Of a stretch of DNA of 64,000 nucleotides, positions 57,565 to 64,000 are shown piece by piece. A model generated the notes under the pieces. That model saw only the letters and a list, made by a program, of their open reading frames with translations. It had not been told where the DNA came from and made no database searches. Origin of the DNA: Acidimicrobiia bacterium (GTDB lineage Bacteria; Actinomycetota; Acidimicrobiia; Spongiisociales; ZC4RG35); assembly GCA_965215185.1 (NCBI GenBank), contig OZ244034.1, positions 2,144,001 through 2,208,000 on the forward strand. The letters run 5' to 3'. Numbering within the stretch: position 1 is the stretch's first letter; each line of letters starts with the position of its first letter. The position numbers and the translations under genes were made by a program.

Positions 57565-58595
57565 CGGAGTTGCTCTCCCATCTCGGGGACCTGCTCGGAA
57601 TTCCAACACGCCGCCCACTGGGAAGGTCCGATCGGCATCATGGGAGGCTCCTCTTGGCGACATTGTTCCGTCGCCCACGGACAGCGGGGGTGGAATCGGC
57701 AACCCGACGGGGGCGCCAACAGGTTGGGCGGCGTCCCTTCCAAGGAGACCGGTCGGCGGCGGGGACCGGTCACTGACGGAATGGAGGACAGCAGCAGATA
57801 CGAATATGGATGGCGGGGCCGGTGGAACACTTCCTCGGTCGAACCCAACTCGACTAACTTCCCGGCATACATCACTCCGATGGTGTCGGTCACTTGGGCA
57901 ATGACGGCCATATCGTGACTGATGTAGAGGATCGAGAGTCCCAGATCCTCCTGGATCCCTTTCAACTCCTCAAGGATCTGGGCTTGCACTATCACATCCA
58001 AGGCGGTGGTGGGCTCATCGGCGATGATCAATTTGGGTTCGCAGGACAGCGCCATGGCGATCACCGCCCGCTGGCGCATTCCCCCCGACAGCTCGTGGGG
58101 ATAGCGGTTCTGCACCGCCGGATCTAGCCCCACCATTCTGAACAGCCGATCAACCCTCTGATTTCTCTCAGAGGATCTCAATGGGGGATTGAAGTGCTGA
58201 TCCATCGCCTCCCGAATCTGCTTTCCCACCCGATACACAGGATTCCAAGCGTTCATCGCCCCTTGGAACACCATCGAGATCTCGGCCCACCGGTACCCTC
58301 GCATCTGCTCGTCAGAAAGCTCCAACAGATCCACTCCTTCCCAACGAACCGACCCCGCTTGGTACCGGGCGTTCTCGGGCGCAAGACGCAGAAGGGAGAG
58401 AGCCACGGAAGTCTTCCCGCATCCCGACTCCCCCACCAGCCCCATCGCCTCCCCCCGGCCCAGTGAGAAGCTGACATTCTCCACCGCCGAGACCTCCCCC
58501 GCCTCGGTGTCGTAACGCATCACCAGACCGTCGACCTCGAGCAATGGAGCGCGACCGGCGGATACCTCCAGGGGAAGCTTTTGGGGAGCAGTCAT
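57561..58595 (-). CDS. oppD: oligopeptide/dipeptide ABC ATPase
   Basis: GESGCGKTS, LSGGMRQR, DEPTTALD, GCRFHPRC. Confidence 0.9.
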   Translation of the reverse strand: MTAPQKLPLEVSAGRAPLLEVDGLVMRYDTEAGEVSAVENVSFSLGRGEAMGLVGESGCGKTSVALSLLRLAPENARYQAGSVRWEGVDLLELSDEQMRGYRWAEISMVFQGAMNAWNPVYRVGKQIREAMDQHFNPPLRSSERNQRVDRLFRMVGLDPAVQNRYPHELSGGMRQRAVIAMALSCEPKLIIADEPTTALDVIVQAQILEELKGIQEDLGLSILYISHDMAVIAQVTDTIGVMYAGKLVELGSTEEVFHRPRHPYSYLLLSSIPSVTGPRRRPVSLEGTPPNLLAPPSGCRFHPRCPWATEQCRQEEPPMMPIGPSQWAACWNSEQVPEMGEQLR

Positions 58596-59713
58596 CGTCT
58601 ACGCAACCTCGGGTTGACAATCTCGTCCATCCCCCTTCCCACCAGGAAGAAGGCCATGGACAGAAATGTGACTGCCAGGCCCGGCGGGATGGTCAGCCAC
58701 CAATAATTGGTCACCTGCAGCAGGTAACCCTGGGTCCTGGCCAGATTCATCATCAGGCCCCAGGAAGTGTCGGTGTTGAGGATTCCCAGAAAAGACAGAA
58801 CTGCTTCGGATTGGATGGCGCCGGTAACGGTGAACATCATGTAGAGAACGCTGAGCGGCATCACATTGGGAATCAGGTGATAGAAGATGATGTGACGGGC
58901 AGACCCTCCCGCCACCCGGGCGGCGTCGATAAACGGTTTGACCTTCACCGCCAGCGCCTGGGATTTGAGGACGATGGCCGTGCCGCCAAAACCCGAAAGT
59001 ACCCCGATCACCACCGCCAGGTGCCATAGTTGGAAGGTGAAAAGCCCTCCGATCACGATCAGCAGAGCCACGCCGGGAATCATTATCAGAAGATCGGCGA
59101 ACCGCATCAAAGCAGCGTCCACTATCCCTCCAAAATACGCCGCCATCGACCCGATCGTGGTCCCAATCACCACCGTCACCACCGCCGCCAGAATTCCCAG
59201 GAAAAAGGATGCGCGGGCCCCGTGCATCAACTGGGACATGATGTCGCGGCCCAGCGGATCGGTTCCCAGCCAGTGCCGACCGTCGGGAGGCGCAGGCTGC
59301 AGTGGGAGATCGAAAGTGTCGCCTACTTGAAGGGTGTCGGGGATCCGTCCGTCCAGCAACGCCGCCCGGGGGTCGATCTCGGTGGTGGGATCGGTTAGGC
59401 GCTCCACCATAATCATGGTGCGGGTGGGCGGATCGAGTTCCAAGCCGGTGACCGGGTGATAAATTGCCGGGTTCCAGAACCCGGTGGCAAAGAACACTGT
59501 GGGCATAACCGCCATAATCGCCCAGAAGGCGATGATCACCAATCCCAACACACCGACCTTGTTACGGCGGAAGATCTTCCAGTTGTCCCGGAAGGATCGC
59601 CGCATGAGAGCCAAACGGATCTTCCACCAAGAGTCCACCTCCCCACCAATAATCTCCGAGATAAGCGGATCCTCGAGGGGAGCTTCCTCGGGAGCAATCA
59701 TCATCTCATCCAT
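58592..59713 (-). CDS. oppC: oligopeptide ABC permease
   Basis: HWLGTDPLGRD, FIDAAR..G, HLIPN, LSFLG, SWG. Confidence 0.9.
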   Translation of the reverse strand: MDEMMIAPEEAPLEDPLISEIIGGEVDSWWKIRLALMRRSFRDNWKIFRRNKVGVLGLVIIAFWAIMAVMPTVFFATGFWNPAIYHPVTGLELDPPTRTMIMVERLTDPTTEIDPRAALLDGRIPDTLQVGDTFDLPLQPAPPDGRHWLGTDPLGRDIMSQLMHGARASFFLGILAAVVTVVIGTTIGSMAAYFGGIVDAALMRFADLLIMIPGVALLIVIGGLFTFQLWHLAVVIGVLSGFGGTAIVLKSQALAVKVKPFIDAARVAGGSARHIIFYHLIPNVMPLSVLYMMFTVTGAIQSEAVLSFLGILNTDTSWGLMMNLARTQGYLLQVTNYWWLTIPPGLAVTFLSMAFFLVGRGMDEIVNPRLRRR

Positions 59714-60884
59714 GCTCGGTCACCCGGATGCGAGGATCGAGCGCCCCATAGAGCACATCCACCACGAAGTGCCCGATCAACGCCATTATGCCGATGAAGG
59801 AAAACGCCCCAACCGCTAGGGGAATGTCCTCACTCAACACCGAGGAGATCAAGATCTCACCCATGCCCGGCCAGGAGAACACCGCTTCGGTGATGACTCC
59901 ACCATCGATTACCGTGGCCACCGCCAAGACCAGGGAGGTGGTCACCGGCAGTAGAGCGGTCCGCGCCGCGTGGCGATCACGGATCACTCCCTCTGATAAG
60001 CCCTTGGCACGGGCAGTAAGGATGTAGTCCTCCCGCATAGTCTCCAGCATGGAACTGCGGGTCAAAAGCATCACTCCTGCAAAATTCAACAGGGCCAGGG
60101 TTGCCACCGGCAAGATCATGTGAAACCCGATATCCCCGGCATAGACTCGCATGTCCTGGCCCGACTGGGTCCCGAACCAGTAGAAGAAGAATCCGGCCAC
60201 CGCCAAGGCGATGCCCCCCCACCGCAGGGTCCGTTCCAACCGCCGACTATTGGTCCGATGCGCGGCGAAACTCGCCGCGAACATCGCAAGGGAAAAGATC
60301 AGAGTCACCCAGAAGAGGCGCATGAACACCTGATTGGCCGCGAACGGAGCATCCCGCCACTGCTCGGGATTAAGAAACTTGGAGATGGGCAGCAGATCCA
60401 ACTGGACACTGAAGAACCAGATCAGCATCAGGGCGAAAAACGGTAGGAAGGTTGTGTAGAGTCCCACCCCGGACACCGTGATCAACATCTCCCCTCGATT
60501 CCCCCGACGCCAGGCCAAATATTTGCCGGCCACAAACCCGGCCCAGTAGTAGGTAACCAGAGCGGTCAGAAACAGGACCAGGGTGCGAGGCAAACGCTCT
60601 GCGATGATCTCGGTAACCGGCCGCGGGTATTGATTGAAGGAAACCCCTAGATCCCCCTGGAAGAAGTTGACCATATAGTCCCGAAATTGGATCAGCACCG
60701 GCTTGTCCAGACCGAGTCGCTCCAGCGCCACTGCCCTGGCCTCGGGCGGGATGTTGGGGTTTCCTGCATATTTCAGCGCGACCGAATCGCCAGGAAGGAT
60801 GTAGAGCAGGAACCATGTCACCGTCAGGAAGACCAGAAACAGAAATATCATCTGGACCAGCCGTCGTATCAGATATCGGACCAC
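59706..60884 (-). CDS. oppB: oligopeptide ABC permease
   Basis: PGD, GLDKP, GDLGVS, DYILTARAKGL, EAVFSWPGMG, LDPRIR. Confidence 0.9.
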   Translation of the reverse strand: MVRYLIRRLVQMIFLFLVFLTVTWFLLYILPGDSVALKYAGNPNIPPEARAVALERLGLDKPVLIQFRDYMVNFFQGDLGVSFNQYPRPVTEIIAERLPRTLVLFLTALVTYYWAGFVAGKYLAWRRGNRGEMLITVSGVGLYTTFLPFFALMLIWFFSVQLDLLPISKFLNPEQWRDAPFAANQVFMRLFWVTLIFSLAMFAASFAAHRTNSRRLERTLRWGGIALAVAGFFFYWFGTQSGQDMRVYAGDIGFHMILPVATLALLNFAGVMLLTRSSMLETMREDYILTARAKGLSEGVIRDRHAARTALLPVTTSLVLAVATVIDGGVITEAVFSWPGMGEILISSVLSEDIPLAVGAFSFIGIMALIGHFVVDVLYGALDPRIRVTEHG

Positions 60885-60922
60885 GTGTCTGCCCTTCTAA
60901 CTACCTGCATGTCTCCTTACAG

Positions 60923-60966
60923 GACCCGTGGGGAGCCGTCACTTATGACGACAGCTCCCCAGGGTC
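60923..60966 (-). terminator. long stem-loop between oppA and oppB (terminator or mRNA-stabilising hairpin)
   Basis: gaccc-g-tggggagc-cgtca-ctta-tgacg-aca-gctcccca-gggtc. Confidence 0.65.
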
Positions 60967-60980
60967 ACATTGTGGTGGGA

Positions 60981-63035
60981 TCAGCCGATCGTGACCACTC
61001 CCGTCAACGCACCAAAGTTTTGCAAACCGTCGAGAATTGTGGTGTACGGGAAGGTGAGTTGATTCGAGTATGCCTCGATGAGGGGCGTGGTGAACAGCGT
61101 CACGTAAGGCAGATCCTCAGCGATCAAGGCGTCAGCCTGATGTATCAGATCACGCGCCTCTGCCAGCGTCTTGGCCCTGTCGAACTGATCGGCCAGTTCG
61201 TCGAAGGCGGGATTGGAATACCCGGGGGTATTGAACCCGCCTAACGCCGAGTCGGCGGAGGACCGGAAGAAGTCGAACACGTGGTCCGGGAACGGAGTGA
61301 GTCCCCACCCCAGGATGTACATGTCGAACCCGAGTGGGTCAGCCGGAGGGAACACCTTGTCCACGATCACCGAGAACCCGGTGGGTTCAGCAGAGAGCGG
61401 GATGCCCATATCGGTGGCCCACTCCTCGATGAACAGCGAGTAGGTGGCCCGCATCGGATCGTAACCGGGTCCTGGAGCGAGCAGGGTGAGCGGATCTATG
61501 CTCTCCCCGCCGGGGCCGCGCAAGCCTTCTCCCTTGGGGATCACGTCACGGTTGCCCTCGTCCCAGGCCGGCTCCACATCCCAGGTCCAGCCCGCATCCT
61601 TCAGGATCTGCACCGCTGACGCCACTCTTTCCTGAGTGCTCTGCTCGGCACAGGGGGCCGTCAGGTTGGGGTTGTACCAGTAGGCGTTGCCCGGCGGCAC
61701 CAGCGAGTTGATCGAGATGGCCGTGCCACCCAGCACCGTGTTGGCCATGAAGTCCTTGTCGATCAGGCAGGCCAGCGCTTGCCGGAAGGCGGTCTCGCTC
61801 ATCGGGAACTTACGGGTGTTGTAGGCCAGATAGCGGAAACCATTCTGCTCGTTGACCGCCACTTCGAGATTGGGCGCCGCCAAGATCTCGTTGCGCAGAC
61901 CGGATTGCAAACCGAGCGGGTTCAACAAGAAGTCGACTTCGCCCTCGGTCAGCGCCAGCACCGCGGCGTTCTGGTCCGTGTAGATGGAATAGATAGTCTC
62001 GGAGACGAACGGGCCTTCGGTGTAGTCAGCCACAACATCGCCGCCGGGCTCACCACCCCAGTTCTCGGTGACGCCGTCACTGGTGTACTCCACCGCTCCG
62101 GAACTGTAGACCGTGTACTGGCTGCCAGCGTCCCAGTAATCCCCTAAAGCCACATTGCGCCAAAAAGCACCTGGTTCCCATTCAGTGGAGTTGAAACCGG
62201 ATGCGTTGGGAGCGCCCAGCCCGGAGGCGGCGTAGAGAGTCTCGGGATCGTCGGACGAATCAACGATCGGTCCCCAGAAGGCCTGCTGGAAGATGGAAGC
62301 CAGACCCACTGACAGCGGCCAGATGGCCAGCCCCGGCTCGAAGTTGAAGCTAATCTTGACGGTCTGGTCGTCAAGTGCCTCCACGGAAGAGACACCCTGG
62401 GAGGACTCATCGTCCTCGGTGGCGGGATCGTCGTCACGTGCCAAAGGCCAGATGCTGGGGAAGTTGCCGCCCAGACCGTTGTACTTGGCGATGGTATTGA
62501 ACGTAAACACCGCGTCGTGGGCCGTGATTGGCGAGCCGTCCGACCACGTGACGCCCGAACGCAGGTTCACCGTGACCGAGTAACCGTCTCCGTCAGCTTC
62601 GACCTGAGGGGGACTGGCGTCAGCCGCTAGCGCCGGGACCACTGTGTAGGTCGGGCCCTGATAGGTGTAAAGCGAAATCTGGCCGGGAATCACGTAGGAG
62701 TTCCAGATATCGGCTTCGGTGTCAAGCGCCGCCCAGGGATTGTCGGTAGTGGGAGCGGAAAAGATACCGAGCCGGTAGGTGGCGCCCATCGGCATCTCCT
62801 CGTCCATGGCAGGCTCTTCCTCCTCGTCCATGGCAGGCTCTTCCTCCTCATCCATGGCAGGCTCTTCCTCCTCGTCCATGGCGTCCGGAGCCGCCGTCGT
62901 TTCAGGGGCGCCTGCCGAGGTGGTTTCCGGCGCGGGGGCGGCAGTGGTGGGCTGAGGAGCCTCCTCATCGTCCCCGCACGCCGCCACCACCAAAGCCAAC
63001 ACCGCGAACAAACATAGCAATCGTCGCATTCTCAT
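60981..63035 (-). CDS. oppA: family 5 ABC substrate-binding lipoprotein
   Basis: AAAGGAG RBS, lipobox VVAAC, LRSGVTWSDGSPITAHDAVF, FRQAL. Confidence 0.92.
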   Translation of the reverse strand: MRMRRLLCLFAVLALVVAACGDDEEAPQPTTAAPAPETTSAGAPETTAAPDAMDEEEEPAMDEEEEPAMDEEEEPAMDEEMPMGATYRLGIFSAPTTDNPWAALDTEADIWNSYVIPGQISLYTYQGPTYTVVPALAADASPPQVEADGDGYSVTVNLRSGVTWSDGSPITAHDAVFTFNTIAKYNGLGGNFPSIWPLARDDDPATEDDESSQGVSSVEALDDQTVKISFNFEPGLAIWPLSVGLASIFQQAFWGPIVDSSDDPETLYAASGLGAPNASGFNSTEWEPGAFWRNVALGDYWDAGSQYTVYSSGAVEYTSDGVTENWGGEPGGDVVADYTEGPFVSETIYSIYTDQNAAVLALTEGEVDFLLNPLGLQSGLRNEILAAPNLEVAVNEQNGFRYLAYNTRKFPMSETAFRQALACLIDKDFMANTVLGGTAISINSLVPPGNAYWYNPNLTAPCAEQSTQERVASAVQILKDAGWTWDVEPAWDEGNRDVIPKGEGLRGPGGESIDPLTLLAPGPGYDPMRATYSLFIEEWATDMGIPLSAEPTGFSVIVDKVFPPADPLGFDMYILGWGLTPFPDHVFDFFRSSADSALGGFNTPGYSNPAFDELADQFDRAKTLAEARDLIHQADALIAEDLPYVTLFTTPLIEAYSNQLTFPYTTILDGLQNFGALTGVVTIG
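62796..62882 (-). repeat. 24-bp coding tandem repeat, about 3.6 units (AMDEEEEP)
   Basis: Repeated unit ctcctcgtccatggcaggctcttc. Confidence 0.92.
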
Positions 63036-63421
63036 CGCCGTCTCCTTTCTAGTCTCTGTAAATCTTTTGCCTATGGCAAAGATACCCTGCTGTAGGGACA
63101 AATAGAGTTTGAAACGCCCTTCGTTTGATAGGGAGAATTTCGCAACCGGTAAGGCTGGGTAAGCCGATCCACTCCGGACCGCCAGCCGACCCGTCCCGCA
63201 GTGACACCTGACCTTCCCCCTAAGGTCAATAAGTTCGTCAAAACACCCACTCGAACAGGTTTGACTTCTACCCTCTCCTTCGCTTCATACTGGGATTGCA
63301 GGACAAGAACCTGCGGCCTTGTTCCGAGCTCCCCAGCCCGCAGAATCCTGAAGTCAAACCGGCGAAGCCACATTGAGCCGCAACCGTGTTTCGCGACTCC
63401 ACACCTGGACTGTTGGTGGTG

Positions 63422-63451
63422 GGGGTGGGTTCCCAAGGGGTGGGTTCCCAA
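63422..63451 (+). repeat. 15-bp tandem direct repeat, two copies
   Basis: ggggtgggttcccaa twice, in the oppA-ilvC intergenic region. Confidence 0.8.
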
Positions 63452-63788
63452 GCGGTGGAGAAACCCGGCACTTCCCGGGAGTTGGTTATGTCTTTTTTTC
63501 TAGCAAAGACACGTGAACTAAGAATTAGTAAACACTGGATGAGAGACTGGATATTTCAACCTGCCTAAGGAGATCCCAGCCCTCAGGGGTACGTTCTACG
63601 CATCAGATGCCTTTACCTTCCCCGTTGTGACACCGCCTCGCCAGTGGTGGCGCATTGGGCTGTTCAGCCATCCCCCCTTTGGGTGCGACCCGGCTGAAGC
63701 GATGGGCATCGCTCTCAACAAAAAAAAGCACATCCGAAGCTGTTAAGGTCATGATCGAGATGGCCGATACCAACAGGAGGAGCATCTG

Positions 63789-64000
63789 ATGGCCCGTATG
63801 TATTTCGAGGAGGATTCCGACCTAACGTATCTGGCTGGTCAGACCATCTGCATCGTAGGGTATGGCAACCAGGGTCGGTCTCAGGCACTCAACATGCGGG
63901 ACAGCGGACTTGGTGTCATTGTGGGGAGCCGTCGGGATGCGTCATACCAGACGGCGCTACAGGATGGCTTAGCGGTGTTTCCGGTTGACGAAGCGGTAGC
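63789..64000 (+). CDS. ilvC: ketol-acid reductoisomerase (partial, runs off the window)
   Basis: AGGAGGAG RBS; MARMYFEEDSDL..IVGYGNQGRSQALNMRDSG. Confidence 0.93.
   Translation, partial: MARMYFEEDSDLTYLAGQTICIVGYGNQGRSQALNMRDSGLGVIVGSRRDASYQTALQDGLAVFPVDEAV

Noticed and set aside
63422-63451. CRISPR-like repeat
   Set aside because: Only two adjacent 15-bp units, with no spacers and no cas genes.
63603-63785. 60-aa minus-strand ORF or an ilvC attenuator peptide
   Set aside because: It overlaps the ilvC RBS on the opposite strand, and I saw no Ile/Leu/Val-rich leader with a terminator on the plus strand.

Overview
A gene-dense, high-GC (roughly 60-65% by eye) bacterial window. Its gene content suggests an actinobacterium, possibly Acidimicrobiia-like: F420 genes (cofC, an LLM oxidoreductase), lipoproteins with Thr/Ala-rich linkers, a DUF222-HNH gene and many apparently leaderless starts. 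The taxonomy is inference. The window runs from the 3' end of prmC and tsaC to the 5' end of ilvC and is mostly metabolic and transport genes. I found no rRNA, tRNA, CRISPR array or intact transposase. The strongest candidate for an undescribed system is a ~17.5 kb catabolic-looking cluster (15.07-32.6 kb). It contains an aldolase, an opine dehydrogenase, an enolase-superfamily enzyme, an isochorismatase-VOC fusion, a tautomerase, an FNR fusion, an orphan DpaA-like dehydrogenase, a cyclic amidohydrolase, a metal-free M24 hydrolase, a RibD-like reductase, two amidohydrolases and a NitT/TauT ABC transporter, and several of these carry non-canonical active-site residues. Other notable items are a PurL homologue lacking its first catalytic His, a scrambled and duplicated SBP gene (probably an assembly artefact), a LivK-LivH fusion, genes whose apparent start codons are ATC or GTA, a membrane-tailed PLD nuclease-like protein, tandem LCP and YbdK paralogues, and three pseudogenes. 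All functional calls come from recognising motifs by eye; no database searches were run.
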